Part shown: positions 1 through 6,993 of the stretch, in pieces
Layout: every line of letters starts with the position of its first letter
Numbering within the stretch: the first letter of the stretch is position 1
Source: Deinococcaceae bacterium
GTDB taxonomy: Bacteria; Deinococcota; Deinococci; Deinococcales; Trueperaceae
Direction: 5' to 3'
Length of the DNA: 13,981 nt
Assembly: GCA_040256005.1 (NCBI GenBank)
Contig: JBDZWC010000081.1
Span: 1-13,981 of the forward strand
Notes under the pieces: model-generated
The model's input: only the letters and a program-made list of their open reading frames with translations
Databases searched by the model: none
Told to the model about the DNA's origin: nothing
Position numbers and translations under genes: made by a program

Positions 1-878
1 GTCACGGCGGCGGGCAGCACCTCGAGCTCTAGGGGCGTCTCGCCGAGCGGGTCACCGTCGACCTGCACGGGTAGGGGTGGCGTCGCCTCTACCCGCAGCC
101 GCGAAGCCGGCGTCAGCTCGGTCCGACTGGCCGTCCTGTCCATGAGCCGCAGCGCCTTGCGTAGCACGCCCATTACGCCGGTCGTGCGCAGGATGGCGAC
201 GTCCATCCTGGCGTCGTGCGGCGAGGCGTCGGGCCCCAGCTTGAGCCCGAGTACCTCGAGCCGCGTGGCGTTGAACGCCAGCACGGAGTGGGCGTTGGTC
301 CTCACCTGGCGACCGTCGATCGTCACCGTCACGCGCCTCCGCCGGGCTGCGCGTGCTGCCACGTATGCGGCCCAGATGTAGGCGAAGATGCCCAGCCTGT
401 CCTTGGCCTCGCGGTCGGCCGCTGCGTTGATGACGGCGTCTACGCCGGCGCCGCAGAACAACAGCGAGACGCAGTCATGGCTCCTGACGGCGATAACGTC
501 CAGCGGCACGGCGCGGCCAGATGCCGCCGCCGCCAGGGCTTCGGCCGGCTCGAGCGGCAGGCCGAGCACGCGGGCCAAACCGTTGCCGGTGCCCAGAGGC
601 AGGATCGCGATCGGAGCCCGGGAGCCAGAAGCCACCACCCCTTGGGCCAGCGCGGTAACCGTCCCGTCGCCACCACCCGCGATGAGCATGTCGTAGCCCT
701 CGCCCGCAGCGGCGGTCGACCACTCGAGAGCGTCGTCAGGGCCTTCGGTCACGCGCACGTCGCAAGTCTCCGCGCCAAGCTCGATGACGGAGCCGGCCAG
801 CGTCGCGGCCAGCTCCTCCCCACGGCTGGAGCCACTGCTGGGGTTGAGGACGGCGAGGACCTTGCGCCCTTGGAACAC
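1..878 (-). CDS. Diacylglycerol/lipid kinase family protein (YegS/Rv2252/BmrU-like), 3' end truncated by window edge
   Basis: Translated by hand; absent from the ORF track because no stop falls in the window. Starts GTG at 878 (in-frame TGA two codons upstream): MFQGRKVLAVLNPSSG...IAGGGDGTV...LPLGTGNGLAR...VQVDGDPLGETP. The NPxSG, GGDG, LPxGTGN and QxDG motifs are hallmarks of the DAGK family. Confidence 0.9.
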   Translation of the reverse strand, partial: MFQGRKVLAVLNPSSGSSRGEELAATLAGSVIELGAETCDVRVTEGPDDALEWSTAAAGEGYDMLIAGGGDGTVTALAQGVVASGSRAPIAILPLGTGNGLARVLGLPLEPAEALAAAASGRAVPLDVIAVRSHDCVSLLFCGAGVDAVINAAADREAKDRLGIFAYIWAAYVAARAARRRRVTVTIDGRQVRTNAHSVLAFNATRLEVLGLKLGPDASPHDARMDVAILRTTGVMGVLRKALRLMDRTASRTELTPASRLRVEATPPLPVQVDGDPLGETPLELEVLPAAV

Positions 879-996
879 GCCTCAGAGTGTGGGTGCGGCC
901 ACCGTTGACTGGTCTCCCGGGCGACTCAGGGCGGGGGACCGGGGCGCTACGGCTCCGGCCGACCGGTCTTCCGCCGGCACCAGGAGGGACGTCGTC

Positions 997-1986
997 TCAG
1001 CGGGCCTCCCGCACTAGCTCCCAGATCGCCGCCTCCACGAGGGTCTCCGCCTGGTAGTAGACGTAGTGCGTGGCCAGCTCGGCGACGACCTGCTTGCTGT
1101 CCGTGGAGACGTTGAGCAGGTCGGCCTGCAGCCCAGCCCAGATCTCGTCGAACCGAGCGAGCACGTCGGGCGTGAGGCCCAGCGCCTCGAGCGCTTCCGC
1201 CGGGAGCTGGCCCTCCAGACCGATGCCGCGCGACAGGACGATGACGGGGGTGTCGCCGACGTCGAACGCGGCGGCCGCCTGTTCCATCGTCGCTCCTATG
1301 GCGTCGTACTCGGCCACGGCGGCCTTCAACTGGTCGGGTTGGACGAAGAGCTGGGCCCACTCGTCCTGCAGGGCGGGGCGCAACACGGGTGGCGCGTTGG
1401 GCCTCACGAGGTCTGCTGGCAGGTTCCCTTCCTCGGCCATCGTCACGACCCCGGCCAGCCCCTCGATCTCCATGTTCTGGACGTCGACGACCGCGGGCAC
1501 AGCTGTCAGCGCCTGCATCTGACGTGGATGCGAGGAGTCTATGAGCACGATGCCGACTACGTCCTCTGGGTTCCTTGACGCGAAGCCGAGCGCGTACAGA
1601 CCGCCTATGGAGTGGCCGGCCAGCACGTACGGGCCCGCCTCGCCCGCGCCGTCCAAGAGGGCGTCAAGTTCGGCGGCGATCGTCGCGAGGTCGCGCGGTG
1701 CCGGGCCTGGCTCGGACCAACCGTACCCGGCGCGGTCGTAGGCGCACGTCCTGGTGTGGCGGGCCAGGCGGTCCTGCAACGCCCGGAAGTTGATGGAACC
1801 GTCCCCCAGGCCGGCCTCCAGCACCACTGTCGGGCTGCCCTCGCCCTGGCAGTAGATGTGCAGGGAGTGGCCACCCACGTCGACGAGGTCGCCGGGCGCG
1901 CTGGGAAGCTCCGCCTGCGCAGCGGCGATGCCGAGGAGCGTGAGGAGCAGGAGGCTCGAGAAGGTAGTGGCGATGCGACGTGCCAT
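997..1986 (-). CDS. Secreted alpha/beta-fold hydrolase
   Basis: ATG at 1986 preceded by RBS-like AAAGGGG, so the track's 2058 start is probably too long. Signal-peptide-like N-terminus (MARR + hydrophobic stretch + AQA). Motifs LEAGLG, YDRAGYGWS, nucleophile elbow GHSIG and C-terminal catalytic His (ATHYVY). Confidence 0.9.
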   Translation of the reverse strand: MARRIATTFSSLLLLTLLGIAAAQAELPSAPGDLVDVGGHSLHIYCQGEGSPTVVLEAGLGDGSINFRALQDRLARHTRTCAYDRAGYGWSEPGPAPRDLATIAAELDALLDGAGEAGPYVLAGHSIGGLYALGFASRNPEDVVGIVLIDSSHPRQMQALTAVPAVVDVQNMEIEGLAGVVTMAEEGNLPADLVRPNAPPVLRPALQDEWAQLFVQPDQLKAAVAEYDAIGATMEQAAAAFDVGDTPVIVLSRGIGLEGQLPAEALEALGLTPDVLARFDEIWAGLQADLLNVSTDSKQVVAELATHYVYYQAETLVEAAIWELVREAR

Positions 1987-2012
1987 GGGTGCCCCTTTCG
2001 ATGCTGGCGACC

Positions 2013-2018
2013 ACTCTA
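2013..2018 (-). promoter_or_regulatory. Putative -10 element (TAGAGT) of the hydrolase gene
   Basis: TANNNT hexamer on the minus strand, 26 nt upstream of the ATG, which leaves room for the RBS. No clear -35. Confidence 0.4.
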
Positions 2019-2051
2019 ACCAGGGCCGATGACATCGATGCGGCCCGGGCG

Positions 2052-2079
2052 TTGACATATTCCGAAAATGGAATATGAT
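2052..2079 (+). promoter_or_regulatory. sigma70 promoter of arsR-SRPBCC operon (TTGACA-16-TATGAT), likely leaderless
   Basis: TTGACA at 2052-2057 and TATGAT at 2074-2079. The ATG at 2088 follows 8 nt after the -10 with no SD. Confidence 0.8.
2056..2077. promoter_or_regulatory. ArsR autoregulatory operator (CATATTCC-N6-GGAATATG)
   Basis: Perfect 8-bp AT-rich inverted repeat overlapping both -35 and -10, directly upstream of an ArsR gene. Confidence 0.75.
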
Positions 2080-2087
2080 GCTCGGCG

Positions 2088-2423
2088 ATGGCGAGGACGC
2101 CGACCACCAACGACGTGTTCGCCGCCCTGTCCGACCCCGTGCGCCGTGACCTGATCGCGGCCATCGGTGACGGCGAGGCGACGGTGAGCGAGCTGGTGGA
2201 GCGACTCGACATCGCCCAGCCCCAGGTGTCCAAGCACCTGGCCGTGCTGCGCGAGAGCGGGCTGGTACGCGTCCGGCCCGAGGGCAAGTGGCGCTTCTAC
2301 AGCGTCAACGGCCCCGCTCTCGGGCCGGTCATCGACTGGGCCCAGAAGTTCCTCGGTGCCGTCAACGAGCGCTACGACCGCTTGGATGACCTGGTGACCG
2401 AGCTGAAAGAGGAGGGATCTTAG
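2088..2423 (+). CDS. ArsR/SmtB-family transcriptional regulator
   Basis: DVFAALSDPVRRDLI...TVSEL...IAQPQVSKHLAVLRESGLV...GKWRFYS is a typical ArsR winged-HTH. No Cys metal site, consistent with the SRPBCC-associated subtype. Confidence 0.93.
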   Translation: MARTPTTNDVFAALSDPVRRDLIAAIGDGEATVSELVERLDIAQPQVSKHLAVLRESGLVRVRPEGKWRFYSVNGPALGPVIDWAQKFLGAVNERYDRLDDLVTELKEEGS

Positions 2424-2933
2424 ATGACGAGGATCGACCGCAAAGGCAGCGCCAAGCTCACAGTCGTGTCTGATACCGCCTACGAGATCGTCAGGGAGTT
2501 CGACGCGCCCGCCGACCTGATCTTCCGGGCCCACACGGAGCCCGAGCTCGTGAAGCGCTGGTGGGGCTTCCCTTCGTTCCAGTGGTTGGAGTGCACGGTC
2601 GAGCCCTGGGCCGGCGGCAGATGGCGGTACTCGGCCAAGGAGGGCGACATGGAGGTCTCGTTCCACGGCCGCTTCCAAGAGGTCGTGCGACCGGGACGCA
2701 TCGTCAACACGGAGATCTACGAGGGAATGCCCGGCGTCACGCCCGAGACCGAGGAGGGCGGGGCGCTGAACACGAACGTCATCACCGAACGGGACGGCGT
2801 GACGACCCTGCATGTCCACGTGGAGTGCTTCTCGCCCGAGGTCCTCAAGATGATCCTCGACAGCGGCATGGAGAGCGGCATGCAGCTCTCCTACGACCGC
2901 ATGGAGGAGCTGGCCGTCCAACTGGCGGCGTGA
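2424..2933 (+). CDS. SRPBCC (START/Aha1/CalC-like) ligand-binding domain protein
   Basis: ATG immediately after the arsR TAG, with SD GAGGAGG. Motifs REFDAPADLIFRAHTEPELVKRWWG, GGRWRY, FHGRFQEVVRPGRIVNTE and SGMESGM...YDRMEEL. Confidence 0.92.
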   Translation: MTRIDRKGSAKLTVVSDTAYEIVREFDAPADLIFRAHTEPELVKRWWGFPSFQWLECTVEPWAGGRWRYSAKEGDMEVSFHGRFQEVVRPGRIVNTEIYEGMPGVTPETEEGGALNTNVITERDGVTTLHVHVECFSPEVLKMILDSGMESGMQLSYDRMEELAVQLAA

Positions 2934-3013
2934 TGCTGGCCGGCAGGCGGTCCGGCCCAAGACCCTGCGCCTCGCGCTGAGCCTCTGGCCTATGGTTGGG
3001 GGAGCATCCGAGA

Positions 3014-3042
3014 GGGCGTCGGGGACGAGTTCCCCGGCGCCC
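3014..3042 (+). other. GC-rich stem-loop in the SRPBCC-dinB intergenic region
   Basis: GGGCGTCGGGGA-cgagt-TCCCCGGCGCCC forms a 12-bp stem with one G-U pair, 8 nt upstream of SD GGAGG (3051-3055). No U-tract. Confidence 0.55.
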
Positions 3043-3059
3043 CGTCGGGCGGAGGTGGC

Positions 3060-3602
3060 ATGTCCTTCGAGATCGCGCACGCCATGCAAGTGCTCAGCCG
3101 CACACCGGGCACCCTGCGTCAACTTCTCCTGGGCCTGGATGACAGCTGGCTGCACGCCGACGAGGGTCCGGGAACCTTCAGCCCCTTCGAGGTCGTGGGT
3201 CATCTGCTCGAGGCCGAGGTCACGAACTGGCTGCCCCGGGCGCGGGTCATAAGGGCGGGCGACCCGAGCGCACCTTTCCCACCCTTCGACCGCTACGCTC
3301 ACCGCCGCCTGTACGCCGGGACGGCGCTGCCCGAGCTGCTGGACCGGTTCGCCGACCTGCGCGGCCAGAACCTGACCGAGGTGAAGTCCTGGGACCTTGG
3401 CCCCCAGGACCTGGCCGCCACGGCGCTGCATCCTCAGTTCGGCGAGGTGACGCTGCGCCAGCTGCTCTCGACCTGGACCGTGCATGACCTGGGGCACCTG
3501 GCCCAGATCGCCCGCGTCATGGCCAAGCGCTACCGCGACGACATCGGCCCCTGGGCGGCGTTCCTCCCTGTCGTGACGGACCGCCCGCAGCCCAGCGGCT
3601 GA
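3060..3602 (+). CDS. DinB/YfiT-family protein (putative metal-dependent thiol transferase fold)
   Basis: SD GGAGGT. Motifs LSRTPGTLRQLL, FSPFEVVGHLLEAE and WTVHDLGHLAQI supply the DinB-superfamily His metal ligands. Confidence 0.88.
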   Translation: MSFEIAHAMQVLSRTPGTLRQLLLGLDDSWLHADEGPGTFSPFEVVGHLLEAEVTNWLPRARVIRAGDPSAPFPPFDRYAHRRLYAGTALPELLDRFADLRGQNLTEVKSWDLGPQDLAATALHPQFGEVTLRQLLSTWTVHDLGHLAQIARVMAKRYRDDIGPWAAFLPVVTDRPQPSG

Positions 3603-3608
3603 GATCGC

Positions 3609-5174
3609 CTAGGTGCCGGCCGCGAGCCACCCGCGCAGCGCCTCTGTGTCCATGTCCCACAGCATCTCACCCAGGGGCACGCGCTCCACGGTGACCTCGG
3701 CACCTGCCTGGCGGAGCGCGGCCTCCACCGACTCTCCCTCGGCAAGGGCCGGGTCGCTCTCCCCGAGGACGAGCAGGACACGGGTGTGTTCGAGCACGGC
3801 ACCGTCGCCGCTGGCGGGCGCCGGCGCGGTGCGCGGCCGTAGCAGCGCGGCAGCCGCGAACGTTCCCGGGTAGGCCTGCAGAGCCGTCAGCGCCAGTAGC
3901 GCGCCGCCGGCGTGTCCCACCAACACCACGCCGGCGGCGTCGAAGTCGTAGAGCGCAGCGGCTTCCGCAACGGTCGACTCCAGCTCCCGCGCAGCCAGTC
4001 GCAGGTCGTACATGTCCGGGGACCCGTCGGCACCGAGCCTGACGAAGCTCGGCCTACCGCTCTCCAGCTCGTGTCCCCTCAGCGCCAGCAACGGAGCCTT
4101 GTGGTCTGCCTCCCGCGCCAGCGCCAGAAGCGATGTCTCGTCCCCACCTTCGCCGTGGAGCAGGACGAGGGTCCGGGGCGACGAGCCTGCCACGAACCGG
4201 TGCACGAACGACAGTTCGCGACGCGGTGCGCGCGGCTCGCCCGGCAAAGCGAACGCGGGCAGCACGGCCTCTATCTCGCCGCGCCGCGCCTCCAGGTCGG
4301 GAGGCAGCACGAGAGAGCCCCCCAGCGATGGGAGCGGCTCGTCCACAGTGAAGCCGGGCCCGTCGCTCGCGACCTCGATGATCGCCCCCGACGGCTCCTT
4401 GAAGTACGCGGAACGGAAGTAGCCGTGCTCACGCAGGGTGCTGAGCCCGAGCAGACCTCGCTCCGGATGCTCTCTGAGCCTGGTCGGGAACCCGTCCATG
4501 TCGCGGCGGAAGGCGACATGATGCAGCGTTCCCACTCCGCCGGAGGACGGCCAAAAGCCCGAGGCGTCGCGCACGTACACGGTGTTGCCGCGTCCGGCGG
4601 CCGACCGGAACGTTCGAACCGAGTCAGTCTCCTCCGCCGCATCGAAGCCGAGTAGGCCCGTGAGCACCCTGGCCGTCTCCTCGACGGTGTCAGACCAGAA
4701 CGTCACGTGGTGCAGACCCCGCACGGACGCCTCGTTCGGCACGTCGGAGCCGGGCACCGCGCCTACAGGGGGCGGAGGGTTCTCGATGCCGACGAGCACT
4801 AGCGGCAACCCGTCGGGGTCCTCTAAAGACAGCGTGGTCAGGCCGCCCTTGGCGGCAGGACCTCCGAACCGCACGCCACGCTCCAGCAGACGCTCGTACC
4901 AGGTGCCGATATGCGACCTCGGCACGATGAGGCCAACCTCGGCCGCCTGACCGATGCCCCTCCTGCCCTTTGCGGTGTCCGGCCAGGCGAAGAACGTGAG
5001 CACGGTGCCAGGGCTCCCGACCGCGTCCCCGTAGAAGAGGTGGAGGGTGGCGGGATCCTGATGGTTGACGGTGCGCTTCACCAGACGCAGCCCCAGCAGG
5101 CCGACGTAGAAGTCGACGTTCGCCTGGACGTCGCCGGTGATGCCGGTGACGTGATGCAGCCCGCTGGGTTCCAT
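3609..5174 (-). CDS. Ring-cleavage VOC dioxygenase (MhqO/PcpA/LinE-like) fused to a C-terminal phospholipase/carboxylesterase-like alpha/beta domain
   Basis: Likely ATG at 5174 (MEPSGLHHVTGI). VOC motifs LRLVKRTVN, HLFYGD, LTFFAWP, TLHHVAF, YFRSAYFKEPSG and EVASDGPGF. C-terminal domain LVLLHGEGGDETSL...GESDP resembles the MhqD-type carboxylesterase. Confidence 0.88.
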   Translation of the reverse strand: MEPSGLHHVTGITGDVQANVDFYVGLLGLRLVKRTVNHQDPATLHLFYGDAVGSPGTVLTFFAWPDTAKGRRGIGQAAEVGLIVPRSHIGTWYERLLERGVRFGGPAAKGGLTTLSLEDPDGLPLVLVGIENPPPPVGAVPGSDVPNEASVRGLHHVTFWSDTVEETARVLTGLLGFDAAEETDSVRTFRSAAGRGNTVYVRDASGFWPSSGGVGTLHHVAFRRDMDGFPTRLREHPERGLLGLSTLREHGYFRSAYFKEPSGAIIEVASDGPGFTVDEPLPSLGGSLVLPPDLEARRGEIEAVLPAFALPGEPRAPRRELSFVHRFVAGSSPRTLVLLHGEGGDETSLLALAREADHKAPLLALRGHELESGRPSFVRLGADGSPDMYDLRLAARELESTVAEAAALYDFDAAGVVLVGHAGGALLALTALQAYPGTFAAAALLRPRTAPAPASGDGAVLEHTRVLLVLGESDPALAEGESVEAALRQAGAEVTVERVPLGEMLWDMDTEALRGWLAAGT

Positions 5175-5273
5175 GCGCCCATCTTGAAGCACCACGTCGG
5201 CGTTGGCTCGTCATCAGGTGATGGTTGTCCCACCGAGGTGAACTTCGAACACAGCAGCCCTCCCACGGGGCGC

Positions 5274-5279
5274 TAGGCT
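5274..5279 (+). promoter_or_regulatory. Putative -10 (TAGGCT) of the WYL gene; short or leaderless transcript
   Basis: TANNNT 9 nt upstream of the GTG at 5289, with no SD. Overlaps the right arm of the AGCAGCC-N16-GGCTGCT inverted repeat. Confidence 0.45.
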
Positions 5280-5288
5280 GCTCGAAGC

Positions 5289-6242
5289 GTGACCAGGACG
5301 CTCAACAAGGCGAACCGGCTCAAGGAGATGGAGAAGCTCCTCGCGCTCAAGCCCTACACCGTCTCCGAGCTCGCCGGCAAGTTCGGCGTGTCGCGCCGGA
5401 CGATCGAGCGGGACCTGGGCGACCTGCGGGAGACGACCCCCCTCGATCAGGACGGGCCCCGGTACCGGGTCCGGGCGACCGGTTCGGCCCTCAACGCGGT
5501 CGAGGCTCTGGCCGTGCACAGCGCCACCCGGTTGTTGGTCCACACGGGCGTGGGCGAGTCGCACTACCGAAGCGCCCTGCGCAAGCTTGCTCACCAGCTC
5601 CCCGAGCCGGCGCGGACAGCCCTGGCTTCCGCTGTGGACGGGCTCGAGACCAAGCGCAACGACCGCACGCTCGACCTGGTCGCTCAGGCCTGGTTCGGTG
5701 GCCGCGTCCTGCGCTGCGACTACCGACCAGCCAGCTCGGAGAAGCGCTACCGCCACGAGTACGAGATCTACTTCTACGAGCTCAACCGCCGGAACCTCCA
5801 ACCCTACGTGATCGCCAGGGAGAGGCTCTACTTCAAGCGCGTCGGGGCGTTCCGCCTATCGCGCATGCACGACGCCGCGCTCCTCGAGGACCGCTACGAG
5901 ATCCCGCCCGACTTCGACCCGCTCGAGTACCTCGAGGGCGCCTGGGGGATCACCGTGGAGGGTGAACCTGTCGAGGTGCGCCTGTGGGCTCACCCTTCGG
6001 TGGCGAGCTGGTTCCTGGAGCAACAAGAGGTAGACAGGAGCGTCGAGGTCGCGGGTCGCCGCCCCGATGGTTCCCTCGACGTCAGGCTCAAGGGGCGACT
6101 CTCCAAGGATGGCGACGCCCACGAACTGCTGTCGTTCATCCTCGGCTGGGGCTCCATGGTGCAGGTCATGGGTCCGGTCGCCGTACGCGACCGTGTGGCC
6201 GCGGAGGTCGCGGCGGCAGCGGGTATGTACACCGGGAACTGA
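5289..6242 (+). CDS. HTH-WYL-WCX transcriptional regulator (PafBC/DriD/YafY-like)
   Basis: N-terminal wHTH TVSELAGKFGVSRRTIERDL. WYL domain (RVLRCDY...PYVIA...AFRLSRM) retains the FRxxR nucleic-acid-binding arginines. Linker YEIPPDFDPLEYLEGAWGI, then WCX (ELLSFILGWGSMVQVMGPVAVRDRV). Confidence 0.93.
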   Translation: MTRTLNKANRLKEMEKLLALKPYTVSELAGKFGVSRRTIERDLGDLRETTPLDQDGPRYRVRATGSALNAVEALAVHSATRLLVHTGVGESHYRSALRKLAHQLPEPARTALASAVDGLETKRNDRTLDLVAQAWFGGRVLRCDYRPASSEKRYRHEYEIYFYELNRRNLQPYVIARERLYFKRVGAFRLSRMHDAALLEDRYEIPPDFDPLEYLEGAWGITVEGEPVEVRLWAHPSVASWFLEQQEVDRSVEVAGRRPDGSLDVRLKGRLSKDGDAHELLSFILGWGSMVQVMGPVAVRDRVAAEVAAAAGMYTGN

Positions 6243-6297
6243 GGCACATCACTGATCGTCGCGGCGCCAGCACGCGCTCTGCGGGATCCGGGCGCGC

Positions 6298-6849
6298 TCA
6301 GGTGGCGGGTCGCACCTCGGCAGGCTCGCGTACCGAGTGAGGGTTCTCCAAGTACTCGTCCCACCTGGCGAGGCGCTCGAGGTCGATGCCCGGGTCAGCC
6401 AGCCGACTTTCGACCAGGGCGGTGAACTCGTCGTTGAAGGGCGTCGGTCTCCCTCGCCACCACGAGGCCACGCCTGGCTGAGCGATCCACCACGCCAGCG
6501 TCCGCTCCCAGCGCTCCCACACATGAGAGGGCAGGGCACCTGAGCGCATCTGGTCGTACATGAACTCGATCGCGCCGAAGATCTCGTAGAAGGTCCAGGT
6601 GAACTGGATGCGCTCCTCGACGGTGAGCAGGCGTGTGTCCATGGCACCACGGGCGAAGACGTTCGCGAGCCTCTCGCTCTCGGACAGGCGAGCCTGGACG
6701 GCTGCCAGGCGTGCGAGGGCCTGAGCGTAGTTCTGCGCGCGCAACGTGCGGGTCTGTTGCCTGACCTGGAAAGCGAGCCCCAGTAGCGAGAGCGTGACGG
6801 CAAGGACGCTGACGGCCGTCCCGATGAGCTGTGTCGTCGATGAATCCAC
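6298..6849 (-). CDS. Hypothetical protein with one N-terminal transmembrane helix
   Basis: 183-aa GTG-start ORF with natural-looking composition that fills the gap between WYL and sbcD. Hydrophobic LIGTAVSVLAVTLSLLGLAF followed by QVRQQTR, then a Trp-rich helical domain. Confidence 0.75.
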   Translation of the reverse strand: MDSSTTQLIGTAVSVLAVTLSLLGLAFQVRQQTRTLRAQNYAQALARLAAVQARLSESERLANVFARGAMDTRLLTVEERIQFTWTFYEIFGAIEFMYDQMRSGALPSHVWERWERTLAWWIAQPGVASWWRGRPTPFNDEFTALVESRLADPGIDLERLARWDEYLENPHSVREPAEVRPAT

Positions 6850-6938
6850 CGCACAAGCTTCGTTTCCGGGGCCGGGGGTTGCAAGGGGGTCCCGAGGACC
6901 CAGCCTTCACCCGGCGTCGGCTCGAATGGCGGCGAACA

Positions 6939-6971
6939 GCGACGCTTCCTGTCGCACCTCGGGGTTACGTT
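6939..6971 (+). promoter_or_regulatory. Putative WYL-activator-dependent promoter: dyad GCGAC-N7-GTCGC plus TGTCGC-N10-TACGTT (-10)
   Basis: GCGAC 6939-6943 and GTCGC 6951-6955. TGTCGC at 6950-6955, then exactly 10 nt, then TA-cgt-T at 6966-6971. The implied TSS near 6978 lies just upstream of SD AAGGGGGA (6980-6987). Confidence 0.6.
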
Positions 6972-6981
6972 TGTGGCCGAA
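6965..6981. promoter_or_regulatory. RDRM (DdrO operator)-like 17-mer TTACGTTTGTGGCCGAA overlapping the -10/TSS
   Basis: Fits the recalled 17-bp Deinococcus RDRM pattern TT(A/C)YGY-N5-RCR(T/G)AA with a single mismatch at position 14. Confidence 0.4.
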
Positions 6982-6993
6982 GGGGGACAGGCT

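Noticed and set aside
142..908. Plus-strand ORFs at the left end
   Set aside because: The real gene is the minus-strand DAGK-family kinase, which lacks a stop within the window.
930..975. Imperfect inverted repeat GGCGGGGGACCGG...CCGGTCTTCCGCC between kinase and hydrolase
   Set aside because: It pairs fully only on the + strand via G-U, whereas the flanking genes are on the minus strand; no U-tract, so not called as a terminator.
2016..3497. 493-aa minus-strand ORF
   Set aside because: Antisense shadow of the arsR, SRPBCC and dinB genes, expected from high-GC codon bias; no recognisable motifs.
5175..5288. WYL box controlling the divergent VOC gene, a common WYL arrangement
   Set aside because: No CGAC-N7-GTCG dyad or TGTCG-N11-TA-N3-T element found by eye on either strand in this interval.
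6887..6901. Short hairpin GGGTCC-cga-GGACCC
   Set aside because: A 6-bp GC-rich stem is expected by chance in this composition.
6973..6993. ORF-track GTG start for sbcD
   Set aside because: It has no good SD and lies upstream of the inferred TSS; TTG 6994 has an SD and gives the canonical SbcD N-terminus.
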